From NCBI GenBank assembly GCA_964651645.1, contig CAZYVW010000001.1, positions 1-34,958 of the forward strand: DNA of 34,958 nucleotides, in the 5' to 3' direction. Below, piece by piece: positions 1-8,352 of the stretch. The stretch is from an uncultured Candidatus Saccharibacteria bacterium. GTDB lineage: Bacteria; Patescibacteriota; Saccharimonadia; Saccharimonadales; CAZYVW01. The notes under the pieces are model-generated. The model was not told the DNA's origin, searched no databases, and saw only the letters and a program-made list of their open reading frames with translations. Both the position numbers and the translations under genes were made by a program. Positions within the stretch are counted from its first letter, which is position 1; each line of letters begins with the position of its first letter.

Positions 1-995
1 CAGATGGTGTTCAGGATGATACTGACCTGTTGCCCCAACATGTTTTGACGTTCCTCATAGTTCATTTTTCCTTCTTCGACCCAGCGGTCTAGTTGTTCTT
101 CATATATAGCTAGCTCGTCAATATAACATTCAATTTCAGATTCTCGCCGTGAGGATTCTTCTCGCAATAGTTCATAAGGAATGCTTCTTGCTGCTCGCTC
201 GCCGCTGTCGCCATAGCGGACATGGGCGCCGCTATACTTGTCTAGAAATCTCATAATATTTACCACCCCATCAGCATAATCACGTCTGGCATAAATAAGC
301 GGCGCTTCTTGCACGGCGATGTCAGCGGCCTTGCTACTCGTGTTAATGTTGCAAGCATCTAAAAATCTAATGCTGCTTTTCCAAGTGCCGTTGCTACGAC
401 TGACCTGTTCAATAATTCGGGTATAGTTTCCGTCTTCGTTTACACGCAAGTAGGTAGAACTAATCATGCCTTTCTTATTTGCATCGCGGTATCCCAGCTT
501 ATGGCCTTTAAGTGGCTCTGGGTAGTCCAATATTTCAACAATTTCCGTATCCTCAGGCAGTTCATTGCAAACTACAGCGTTGAACACCCTTTGTTTCACC
601 AGCTCATTGCATATATCGCCAAACCGTCGTTGTTTTTCATGTTCGGGCAATTCATCGTTCCAACCATTTAGCAAACGGGCTAACACTTGAGCGTTAATTT
701 CTTCCACTGTGCCTTCTAGCTCCACACGTGATAAGTGCCCGGAGGCAGTCATTGCCTCCATAAGCAGCGTCCTGGCATTGTCCCTATGTTCCGGCATTTT
801 TACCTCTACTGCCGGCAGCTCTTGTCTGTGAGCAATCAGCCAAACTGCCTGCTCCTGAATTTCCGCTCTTTCGATAAACTCGGATGCCGCTAAAATACCT
901 TCGTGCACTGAAGGCTGGCTGAGTTGCTCAACGCCAGTTTGTTGATCCACTAAAAAACCTGCTTTCTCTAAAGCAGGCCTTGAATCAATATTCAC
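1..995 (-). CDS. hypothetical protein, N-terminal part only (gene runs off the left window edge)
   Basis: This ORF is absent from the supplied track because it is open-ended. Reading the minus strand from GTG at 995-993 gives an uninterrupted frame to position 1, about 331 codons (VNIDSRPALEKAGFLVDQQ...GHKLGYRDANKKGMISSTYLRVNEDGNY...EERQNMLGQQVSIILNTI). The nearest upstream in-frame stop is at 1079-1077. The start is uncertain: AGGAG lies only 1 nt from the GTG, and an ATG at 797 has GAGGT 4 nt upstream. No family recognised. Confidence 0.5.
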   Translation of the reverse strand, partial: MNIDSRPALEKAGFLVDQQTGVEQLSQPSVHEGILAASEFIERAEIQEQAVWLIAHRQELPAVEVKMPEHRDNARTLLMEAMTASGHLSRVELEGTVEEINAQVLARLLNGWNDELPEHEKQRRFGDICNELVKQRVFNAVVCNELPEDTEIVEILDYPEPLKGHKLGYRDANKKGMISSTYLRVNEDGNYTRIIEQVSRSNGTWKSSIRFLDACNINTSSKAADIAVQEAPLIYARRDYADGVVNIMRFLDKYSGAHVRYGDSGERAARSIPYELLREESSRRESEIECYIDELAIYEEQLDRWVEEGKMNYEERQNMLGQQVSIILNTI

Positions 996-1141
996 GCTCC
1001 TGCTCGGGAGACTTATGTGTAGCTGTATCGGACTTTTACCGTTGCGGCACAGTGTAGGAATTACACCTACTTCCAGCTATCTGTTTTGTTAAGTACTAGT
1101 AGTATACTCCATGCTGCTCACGCTACATGTAGTAGTTTTTG

Positions 1142-1591
1142 CTACTTTGTGTGCTTCTTTAATTCTGTTAGCCGCGGGAAGAACGATTGGGCGGCTCCAT
1201 CCATACCCAGCACCTTGAGTCCGCCAATTAACACATAAAGTTCATCTAGTTTGGCGCTCGTTAAGGGCTTGGCCTGCTCGGCGGCTTTAAAAAAATAGTC
1301 TACCTTTTCTACCAACCATTTTTCCTCACCCGGTTTGACCTGGTTAGTTTGCAGGGATGGTTTTTCACCTAGCTTGACGACCTCCAGCGATCGGGCCGAA
1401 CGGTCACGTTTACGCAAATGGCCACGTTTTATCAGGTTGTTAACGTGCAGTGCAACCGTGGCGACTGAGGTGTAGTCCAAACCGGCCATAATCTCGCGGT
1501 AACTTGGGCTATAGCCATGCTCGGCAATGAAACCTTCTATAAAGGTCAGTAGTTCTTTTTGTTTTTTTGTCGGGCGGATTTTATCTTCCAT
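1142..1591 (-). CDS. LexA-type winged-helix DNA-binding-domain protein lacking the S24 peptidase domain
   Basis: The N-terminus (PTKKQKELLTFIEGFIAEHGYSPSYREIMAGLDYTSVATVALHVNNLIKRGHLRK) matches the LexA N-terminal DNA-binding-domain pattern. The C-terminal 70 aa show no Ser/Lys dyad or S24-like sequence. I prefer the ATG at 1591 (MEDKIRPTKK) because it abuts the stop of the upstream GtrA gene at 1593-1595. The track ORF extends to 1624. Confidence 0.7.
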   Translation of the reverse strand: MEDKIRPTKKQKELLTFIEGFIAEHGYSPSYREIMAGLDYTSVATVALHVNNLIKRGHLRKRDRSARSLEVVKLGEKPSLQTNQVKPGEEKWLVEKVDYFFKAAEQAKPLTSAKLDELYVLIGGLKVLGMDGAAQSFFPRLTELKKHTK

Positions 1592-1592
1592 A

Positions 1593-2078
1593 TTAAACTT
1601 TCGTGCGGTAGGCGCTATGACCATGCGGCCGATGAGTTAGGGCTCGTTTGACGCCCAAACGGACTGGTCTGCCTTTAAGTTTTTCCGGGAACACCCAAAA
1701 CCTATACCAAAGGTAGTTCCAAACGGTAAAGAAACCGGATGACACAAACTGCCCTAGGTAAGGTGTTAGGCCAGCCGTTTTTAGAGTCAAAACAATAAAG
1801 TAATCAATCACAAAATCAACTAAGGTGATAAAAATATAACGGCTAGTGACTTCCGTTTGGTGCTTTTTGAGGTTAGGATTTTTGAACACCCAGTAGCGTT
1901 GGAGTAAATAATTAATTGTCCAGCCACTAATGTTGGCGCTTAGTTTGACCCACCACAAGCTCCAGTGCAGGCCCTTGTCTAACGCAAAAAATACTAAGTA
2001 GCCCGTCCAAAAATAAGCGCCGCCGCTAATTAGGTATTCGGTTATGCGTTTGGCTTCGCGCTTGGATTTTTTTTTCAT
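1593..2078 (-). CDS. GtrA family membrane protein
   Basis: 161 aa with four hydrophobic spans. GtrA-like motifs are present (ISGGAYFWTGYLVFF, LLQRYWVFKN, YLWYRFWVF). It has a basic C-terminal tail. Confidence 0.8.
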   Translation of the reverse strand: MKKKSKREAKRITEYLISGGAYFWTGYLVFFALDKGLHWSLWWVKLSANISGWTINYLLQRYWVFKNPNLKKHQTEVTSRYIFITLVDFVIDYFIVLTLKTAGLTPYLGQFVSSGFFTVWNYLWYRFWVFPEKLKGRPVRLGVKRALTHRPHGHSAYRTKV

Positions 2079-2103
2079 ATTGCTTGTTCGTATTTAGTAT
2101 ACA

Positions 2104-3411
2104 TTAGCTTTTTGGTTTTTGAGACTGATTTGTACCTAGTGCTAGTCCAGCTAACGGCCACCACAACAGAGCTAGGGTATCATCCGCCCAGGCGTGCGAT
2201 ACCAAATTAATAAATGTCAGTCCGGCCAAGCTTGCTAATAGTGCAAGGGCCAATGGGTCACTTCTTCGTTTATAAAGCCCCAGGCCAACGAGTGCATTTA
2301 TACCAATGAATAAACCGAGCCCCAGCACGCCGCTTTCTTGGCCGACCTGCAAAAAGTAGTTCTCGGCAATCCTGACTCGGTTATCGTTTCTCACTGATGC
2401 CGGCCCAGCCGTGCCCGGGCCACGGCCCAAAGGTTCGTTAGCAACGTCCTTCACAGCATGTTCCAGGGCCGATGCTCTATCCGAGTTAGAGCTAGTCGAA
2501 GACGTAGACTTTTCACTACTATGAAAAACCACGTTCTGGAAACGGTCATTGTTTCTAAGCGCCAGTAAGCTACCAGCGCCGACAATCGCAATTACCGCAA
2601 ACCCGGTTAGTAACCAAGGGCGCAATCGGCTTGGCAAAGCCAGCCAAGCTAAACATAGCAGGCTAATGCCCAGACCAATATAGGCACTACGCGAGTAAGT
2701 GAAGAACAAGGTTATGCAGGCAAGAAGCCCAGCAACGGCAATTAGCCGCCGGCTTTTGACCTTTTGCCAGGTAACTGCCAGCGCCGACAGAACTAGGACT
2801 AGGTAGGCTCCAAGTGGATTGGGTCCACGTAAGGTGGCTTGCAGGCGAACAAAGTTTGGCCGTAAATCAACCGTTTGATAGGCCGGAATGGTTGCCGGGC
2901 CGTATCCAAAATGTCTCAAAAAATCCGCCGGTAGCAAAAAATGCTGCACCAGCCCAAAGACCACAACGGCAGCGGCCGGTAGCAGTAGTAGCTTTTGCCA
3001 GTGGGCCTTCAGCCAATTGTCTTTGAGCGACAGTGCGTAACAAACGGCAAAGATTACCAAGAACCGCAAACCATTTAACAGGCCGTAAATTAAGGCATTG
3101 GCATTGACGTCATGCCTTTTAAAAGCCACCGCTCCAAGTGCTAAATTAAGCCCAGCGTAAGCAATAATTAGTTTAATAATAAGATTGCCAAAAACGGACA
3201 AACGCCACTTCTTGTCTTTTAGTACTAGTAACAGCGCGACCAAGCTAATTGGGATTAATAACAGTTCCTTCCAGATTCTAAAAAGATCAAGGTGGCCATA
3301 GTTTGATCCCACCCAGGTGGTCAAAAGCGTGTGAAATGGCAAAAAAACCAAAATCGCTGCTACAAAATAGCTAATTAATTGTATTAGGTGGTTGTCTAAC
3401 TTCTTACCCAT
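2104..3411 (-). CDS. O-antigen ligase / Wzy_C family polytopic membrane protein
   Basis: 435 aa with at least 10 hydrophobic spans. It has the Wzy_C-like core FFTYSRSAYIGLGISLL followed by a hydrophilic loop (HSSEKSTSSTSSNSDRASALEH). Confidence 0.7.
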   Translation of the reverse strand: MGKKLDNHLIQLISYFVAAILVFLPFHTLLTTWVGSNYGHLDLFRIWKELLLIPISLVALLLVLKDKKWRLSVFGNLIIKLIIAYAGLNLALGAVAFKRHDVNANALIYGLLNGLRFLVIFAVCYALSLKDNWLKAHWQKLLLLPAAAVVVFGLVQHFLLPADFLRHFGYGPATIPAYQTVDLRPNFVRLQATLRGPNPLGAYLVLVLSALAVTWQKVKSRRLIAVAGLLACITLFFTYSRSAYIGLGISLLCLAWLALPSRLRPWLLTGFAVIAIVGAGSLLALRNNDRFQNVVFHSSEKSTSSTSSNSDRASALEHAVKDVANEPLGRGPGTAGPASVRNDNRVRIAENYFLQVGQESGVLGLGLFIGINALVGLGLYKRRSDPLALALLASLAGLTFINLVSHAWADDTLALLWWPLAGLALGTNQSQKPKS

Positions 3412-3413
3412 AA

Positions 3414-4853
3414 ATGCTACAATCTAGTATAGCCCTCATGAAGAACAACGTCTCGCTCTTATATAATTTTTTTCTAGTCGTAGGTGATTTTCTAGCCTTA
3501 ACTGCTGCTTTTGGCGGTGCATACGTACTCCGCGTAACTCTGGATGCCCGACCACTAGTAGAAGCAATCCCAGCCGTAACCTACTTAGGGGTTTTCCTAA
3601 CCTTACTACCATTTTGGATTATTATTTTTGCTCTACTCGGTCTCTACAATACTTCTATTTACGAGAAGCGCTTTGCAGAGCTAGGCCGGCTAATTGTCGG
3701 ATCGTTTATTGGTCTGCTATTTGTAGTTTTTATAGATTTTGTATTGCCGCGGGCTATTTTCCCGGCTCGTCTAGTGCCGCTTTACGGCTTTGGTCTGGCG
3801 CTAGTCTTTGTAGTTCTTTTCCGCAATATTGCCCGCATGGTCCGGTCGATACTTTTCAGTTATGGCATTGGGCTGACCCGTACTTTAATTGTTGGCGATA
3901 CCTCAGTTAGCAATGAGCTGATTGAGGCCTTTCGGGAGTCTTCTTCCGGTTATAAGGTTGTAGGTGTGGTCGGAACAAATCGTTGGCTCACCCATGTGCC
4001 AGTTTATAAAACTTTTGAGGGAGCCACAAAGGCCTTGAAGGACAAAACCTTGCATAGCATTATTCAGACTGAGCTTTATAGTACGCCCGAAAAAAACAAC
4101 TCTGTCCTAACGTACGCTCAGGAGAATCACGTGGCTTACCGCTTTATCCCGGGAAACACCGAGTTATTTGTGGGTAATATTGACGTTGAGCTATTTCGTT
4201 CGGCCATCCCAGTAATTGCCGTCCACCAAACCCCACTGCTTGGTTGGGGCCGGGTTGCCAAACGCGTTTTTGATATTATTGTGTCCAGTTTAGCCCTCGT
4301 TATATTGTCGCCATTGTTCGTACTTATTAGTCTGCTGATTATTATCTTTAGCCCCGGTAAAATTATTTTCCGCCAGCGGCGCCTAACACGCTTTGGCACA
4401 CCTTTTAAGATCTACAAATTCCGCACCACTAAACGCAAATACACTTGCTCGCCGGAGCGCGGCTTTAAGCTAATGGGCCGGCCAGACCTTCTAAAGTTAT
4501 ACCGGGAGAACGGCGATTACCTGCCGCATGATCCGCGCTTTACGCTCCTAGGGCGGCTGCTGCGCAAAACCAGTCTTGATGAACTGCCACAGCTAATTAA
4601 TGTGTTTAAAGGAGATCTGAGCCTGGTTGGTCCAAGAGCTTTGGTACCCGAGGAGATAAATATAGCGGAGGCTAAACACCATATCTTAAGTGTCAAAAGC
4701 GGTATTACGGGCTTGGCTCAGGTTTCCGGCCGTCGGGAAATTACCGTTGATGAACGTCGCAAGTTAGATTTGTATTACATCCAGAACTGGACGTTTTGGC
4801 TAGATATCACAATTATACTTAAGACCTTTAGGGCATTGATTACCCGCGGTTAA
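3414..4853 (+). CDS. polyprenyl-phosphate hexose-1-phosphate transferase (WbaP/CpsE-type initiating sugar transferase)
   Basis: The C-terminal Bac_transf domain is recognisable (KRVFDIIVSSLALVILSPLFVLISLLI, DELPQLINVFKGDLSLVGPRA, KSGITGLAQVSGR). N-terminal TM spans and a central Rossmann-like region precede it. The start is ambiguous between ATG 3414, only 2 nt from the divergent start at 3411, and ATG 3438 (MKNNVSLLY). Promoter geometry favours 3438. Confidence 0.85.
   Translation: MLQSSIALMKNNVSLLYNFFLVVGDFLALTAAFGGAYVLRVTLDARPLVEAIPAVTYLGVFLTLLPFWIIIFALLGLYNTSIYEKRFAELGRLIVGSFIGLLFVVFIDFVLPRAIFPARLVPLYGFGLALVFVVLFRNIARMVRSILFSYGIGLTRTLIVGDTSVSNELIEAFRESSSGYKVVGVVGTNRWLTHVPVYKTFEGATKALKDKTLHSIIQTELYSTPEKNNSVLTYAQENHVAYRFIPGNTELFVGNIDVELFRSAIPVIAVHQTPLLGWGRVAKRVFDIIVSSLALVILSPLFVLISLLIIIFSPGKIIFRQRRLTRFGTPFKIYKFRTTKRKYTCSPERGFKLMGRPDLLKLYRENGDYLPHDPRFTLLGRLLRKTSLDELPQLINVFKGDLSLVGPRALVPEEINIAEAKHHILSVKSGITGLAQVSGRREITVDERRKLDLYYIQNWTFWLDITIILKTFRALITRG
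3418..3431. promoter_or_regulatory. interdigitated divergent -10-like boxes between the ligase-like and sugar transferase genes
   Basis: On the plus strand, TACAAT lies at 3418-3423 and TAGTAT at 3425-3430, with 7 nt from TAGTAT to ATG 3438. On the minus strand, TATACT lies at 3431-3426, with 14 nt to ATG 3411. Confidence 0.35.
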
Positions 4854-4856
4854 ATC

Positions 4857-5960
4857 ATGGACATTAAAGCCGCTCCTAAAGTTGCTATCGTCTGTGATTG
4901 GCTTACGGGCATTGGCGGCGCCGAACGCGTAATTTTGGAACTGCATAAAATGTTTCCACCAGCGCCAATTTATACTTCGCAATACGCGCCAGATAAAATT
5001 AGCTGGTTCAAGCGGGCAGATGTCCGCACCACCTGGCTGCAGCATTTGCCCAAAGGTCTCAAGAAATTCTTGCCAGTGCTGAGGGCTTGGAGCTTTAGCC
5101 GCCTGGATCTAAGTGCATACGATTTGGTAATTTCCTGCGGCAGCGCTGAGGCCAAAGCCGTAAAAACCGGGCCAAATACTATACATGTTAACTATTGCTG
5201 GGCGCCGACCCATTATTACTGGAGCCGCTACGAGCAGTACCTGAAAAATCCAGGGTTTGGAAAATTAGATTGGTTGGCACGGTTTGGATTAAAAGTCCTA
5301 GTTGGCCCACTGCGGCGCTGGGACAAAAAGGCCGCTCAGCGGCCAGATCATATTGTGGCAATTTCTACCCACATCCAAAATGAAATCAAAAAATACTATG
5401 GGCGAGAAGCAGCGCTTATTCATCCGCCAGTGGATATTGAACGATTTAAACCGATTCAAAAACCACAATCACGCCGTGGTTTTTTGGTTGCGGGGCGGCA
5501 AACGCCCTACAAACGGTTTGACCTGGCTGTTAAGGCTTGTTCTCAATTGGATCTGCCACTAACTGTGGCTGGCGATGGTCCTGACAATCAGCGCTTGCGC
5601 AACCTGGCTGGTCCAAGCGTAATGTTTATGAATAATGTTAGCGACAAGCAAATGGTTAGTTTGATTCAATCTGCCCAAGCCTTTATTTTCCCGGGCCTGG
5701 ATGATTTTGGCATTATACCTGTGGAAGCCATGGCCGCCGGCACGCCAGTGATTGCTTATAAAGCCGGCGGCGCGCTGGACTATATGGTTGAGGGTCAAAC
5801 CGGGTTATTTTTCAACAAGCCTTCGGCCGAGTCTTTAGCGGAAACTCTGCAGCAGTTCAAACCAAATGACTTTAACAGCAAAGATATTCGCATGCAGGCA
5901 GAAAAATTCTCGGCCGAGCATTTCCAGGGCAACTTCAAAAACTATATAGCTAATTTATAG
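4857..5960 (+). CDS. glycosyltransferase family 4 (GT-B)
   Basis: 367 aa with the typical GT4 C-terminal signature FPGLDDFGIIPVEAMAAGTPVIAYKAGGALDYMVEGQTGLFF. It starts 3 nt after the sugar transferase stop. Confidence 0.85.
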   Translation: MDIKAAPKVAIVCDWLTGIGGAERVILELHKMFPPAPIYTSQYAPDKISWFKRADVRTTWLQHLPKGLKKFLPVLRAWSFSRLDLSAYDLVISCGSAEAKAVKTGPNTIHVNYCWAPTHYYWSRYEQYLKNPGFGKLDWLARFGLKVLVGPLRRWDKKAAQRPDHIVAISTHIQNEIKKYYGREAALIHPPVDIERFKPIQKPQSRRGFLVAGRQTPYKRFDLAVKACSQLDLPLTVAGDGPDNQRLRNLAGPSVMFMNNVSDKQMVSLIQSAQAFIFPGLDDFGIIPVEAMAAGTPVIAYKAGGALDYMVEGQTGLFFNKPSAESLAETLQQFKPNDFNSKDIRMQAEKFSAEHFQGNFKNYIANL

Positions 5961-5963
5961 CGG

Positions 5964-6419
5964 TTACTCTACTTCGTGGCCGGTGGCCTGATTAATACGC
6001 GAGGAGCTATCTCTTTTCTCGTATTCATGACTGCCAACACCAAAGACCGTTTCAATATCACAATCAACGCAGGACTGCATTTCGTTTTCCGGAAGAGCAT
6101 GCTTGCTTGGATCCCTGTCACCGCCATTAGCAAAAATTAGCTTGTCATTAGGATACATTCCTCTGATTTTCCTAAGTGTCTTAGCCTGCCCCAGGTCTTC
6201 ATCAATCGACAAAACGACTTCATCAACGTCACGCAAGGCTTTTACAAGACGCACCCTGTTCTGTTCATCAAGGATTATTTTACCCTTCTTGATGTGCTGG
6301 GCCTTATCGTTATTCACGACAACCAGTAGTTTATCTCCTAGCTTTTTGGCAGCCTCCACCATATCTAGATGACCACCGTGCAAAGGATTAAAATAACCGC
6401 TGATAATTACTATTTTCAC
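5964..6419 (-). CDS. cytidylyltransferase-family nucleotidyltransferase (TagD / RfaE-domain-II-like)
   Basis: It carries the HxGH nucleotidyltransferase motif (GYFNPLHGGHLDMV) and a C-terminal SSS motif (RDSSSRI). I prefer GTG 6419 (MKIVIISGYFNP), which has GAGGA 5 nt upstream. The track uses TTG 6431. Confidence 0.7.
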   Translation of the reverse strand: MKIVIISGYFNPLHGGHLDMVEAAKKLGDKLLVVVNNDKAQHIKKGKIILDEQNRVRLVKALRDVDEVVLSIDEDLGQAKTLRKIRGMYPNDKLIFANGGDRDPSKHALPENEMQSCVDCDIETVFGVGSHEYEKRDSSSRINQATGHEVE

Positions 6420-6489
6420 TTGGTTCCTCAAATTTACTGCTCGTTTATGATATCAGATTTAGTATGAACGACTTACCAAAAACTATGTT

Positions 6490-6512
6490 TATAATAAGTA
6501 TGTCAAAAGGAG
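6490..6512 (+). promoter_or_regulatory. -10 TATAAT plus Shine-Dalgarno for the phosphohexomutase gene (a conventional leadered example)
   Basis: TATAAT lies at 6490-6495 and AAAGGAG at 6506-6512. Six nt follow the SD before TTG 6519. Confidence 0.45.
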
Positions 6513-6518
6513 AAAAAT

Positions 6519-8318
6519 TTGAAGGACATCCACCGCGACCTAATCGCCCACGCTAAACAACAAAACCTTTTGTCAGATGAAGCAGTTACTAATTTAAAGC
6601 TTTGGCTAGAAAACGAAGCCTTTTCCGATTTCCATGAAGAAATTGGCAAACTGATTGATGATGAAAATTGGGAGTTACTAGATGACTCTTTCTACTCTCG
6701 GGTGCGCGTGGGTACTGGTGGTATTAGGGGGCCAGTCGGGGCTGGACCAAACCGTATAAACACGCGGACAATTGGTGAGGCAGCTCAAGCACTTTCAAAT
6801 TTTATGCATGGGTTCGGCCCTGAGGCCGTAAAAGGTGGAATTGTTATTGGACACGAGGTAAGAAAATTCTCGCGGGAATTCGCAGAAAGATGTTGTGAGG
6901 TTTTTGCGGCCAACGGAATTAATTCTTATCTATTTAGTTCTTATAGAGCGACACCTGAGCTTTCGTTTGCCGTGCGACATCTAAAAGTAACGGCTGGAGT
7001 TCAGCTTACTGCATCGCACAACCCTCGCACTGATAACGGCTTCAAGTTTTACTGGTCTGATGGTGGCCAAGTTGTGCCGCCGCTTGATCAAAAATTTATG
7101 ACACTAGTTACAAACGTCACAGATATTAAACGCATGCCATTTAATGATGCCGTCAAGGACGGCTGGGTTCATGAGGTTGGCAAAGAAATTGACGATGAAT
7201 ACTTCAAGGCCGTAGAAAAACAAGCGTTGCGTCAGGCTCACTCCGCAAAGATTGCTTTTAGTCCAATGCACGGAGCTGGTTTGACTAATGTTCTGCCGGT
7301 TCTACAACATAAAGGATTTGATGTATCCGTTGTGCCGGAGCAAGAAAGGCCAGACGAAAACTTCCCGACGGCGCACGGCGACCTTATTAATCCTGAGTTT
7401 CCAGAAGTTATGAAAATGCCAATGGCGCTGGCCGAGAAAATTGGTGCAGATTTGGCAATAATGTCTGACCCAGATGCCGACCGCGTTGGTGTTGCTGTAA
7501 AAGAAAATTTAGCCAGCAACAAAATGCGCCAGCTGAGCGGCAACGAAGTAGGCATAGCCCTTACCTACTACGTTCTTTCAAGCCTTCGTGATCAGAAAAA
7601 GCTAAGACCAAGCAACTTAGTTATTGAAACGTACGTTACCAGTTCTTTAATATCTAAGGTCGCTAAGCACTTTAATGCCAAAGCTGTTGATGACCTACTC
7701 GTAGGTTTCAAGTTCATTGGTGAAATTATTACCAAGCTGGATGACTCTGAAGATTTTGCTTTTGCGGCCGAGGAAAGCCTTGGTTACTTACGCGGCGACT
7801 ATGCGCGTGACAAAGATGCCGCTGTAGCGGCAATGCTAATGGGCGAGCTATCCTCAACACTCAAAGACAAAGACCAGACGGTTGGTGATTACCTAAATAA
7901 TATTTATGAAGAACTTGGGTATTACAAAAACTTGCTCCTGCCGGCCGAACTTGGGAAAGGCCGGGTTGGTAAAGATAGAATAGTAACTACTATGCTGGGC
8001 CTGCGTGCTAAGCCACCTAAAGAATTGGCCGGCCTTCCGGTTCTTGAAATTATTGATTTACTCCCTGATGAATTAAAAAAGCCAGAAAATTACATAGCAG
8101 CCGCTACTGGTGACCAGATGACTTTTATACTTAGCAAAGACGGTTTGACAAGAGTAACTGCTCGTCCCTCTGGTACTGAGCCAATCATTAAGTTCTACAC
8201 TCAGCATTGGGCCGAGGTTGACGAAAGAGGGCTGGGAGCAACAAAAGCAGATATTGATAGCCAAGCTCAAGCAATTCAGGACTCAATCCAACAATATTCA
8301 GCTAAATTTATTTCCTAA
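6519..8318 (+). CDS. alpha-D-phosphohexomutase (PgcA-like phosphoglucomutase/phosphomannomutase)
   Basis: It has the catalytic-Ser loop TASHNPRTDNGFKFY, the metal loop SDPDADRVGV and the sugar-binding loop AAEESLGY. The start is TTG, with AAAGGAG at 6506-6512 six nt upstream. Confidence 0.85.
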   Translation: MKDIHRDLIAHAKQQNLLSDEAVTNLKLWLENEAFSDFHEEIGKLIDDENWELLDDSFYSRVRVGTGGIRGPVGAGPNRINTRTIGEAAQALSNFMHGFGPEAVKGGIVIGHEVRKFSREFAERCCEVFAANGINSYLFSSYRATPELSFAVRHLKVTAGVQLTASHNPRTDNGFKFYWSDGGQVVPPLDQKFMTLVTNVTDIKRMPFNDAVKDGWVHEVGKEIDDEYFKAVEKQALRQAHSAKIAFSPMHGAGLTNVLPVLQHKGFDVSVVPEQERPDENFPTAHGDLINPEFPEVMKMPMALAEKIGADLAIMSDPDADRVGVAVKENLASNKMRQLSGNEVGIALTYYVLSSLRDQKKLRPSNLVIETYVTSSLISKVAKHFNAKAVDDLLVGFKFIGEIITKLDDSEDFAFAAEESLGYLRGDYARDKDAAVAAMLMGELSSTLKDKDQTVGDYLNNIYEELGYYKNLLLPAELGKGRVGKDRIVTTMLGLRAKPPKELAGLPVLEIIDLLPDELKKPENYIAAATGDQMTFILSKDGLTRVTARPSGTEPIIKFYTQHWAEVDERGLGATKADIDSQAQAIQDSIQQYSAKFIS

Positions 8319-8335
8319 GTAATCTGTTAATTCAC

Positions 8336-8344
8336 TGATATACT
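8336..8344 (+). promoter_or_regulatory. extended -10 TGATATACT upstream of rfbB
   Basis: TG is at 8336-8337 and TATACT at 8339-8344. Eight nt follow before ATG 8353, and no SD is present. Confidence 0.4.
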
Positions 8345-8352
8345 AGAGTTAG

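Noticed and set aside
1123-1132. The palindrome CTACATGTAG as a LexA/SOS box
   Set aside because: It does not resemble known LexA operators such as CTGT-N8-ACAG or GAAC-N4-GTTC. It occurs once, and a 10-bp palindrome can arise by chance. It is mentioned only as a candidate to test.
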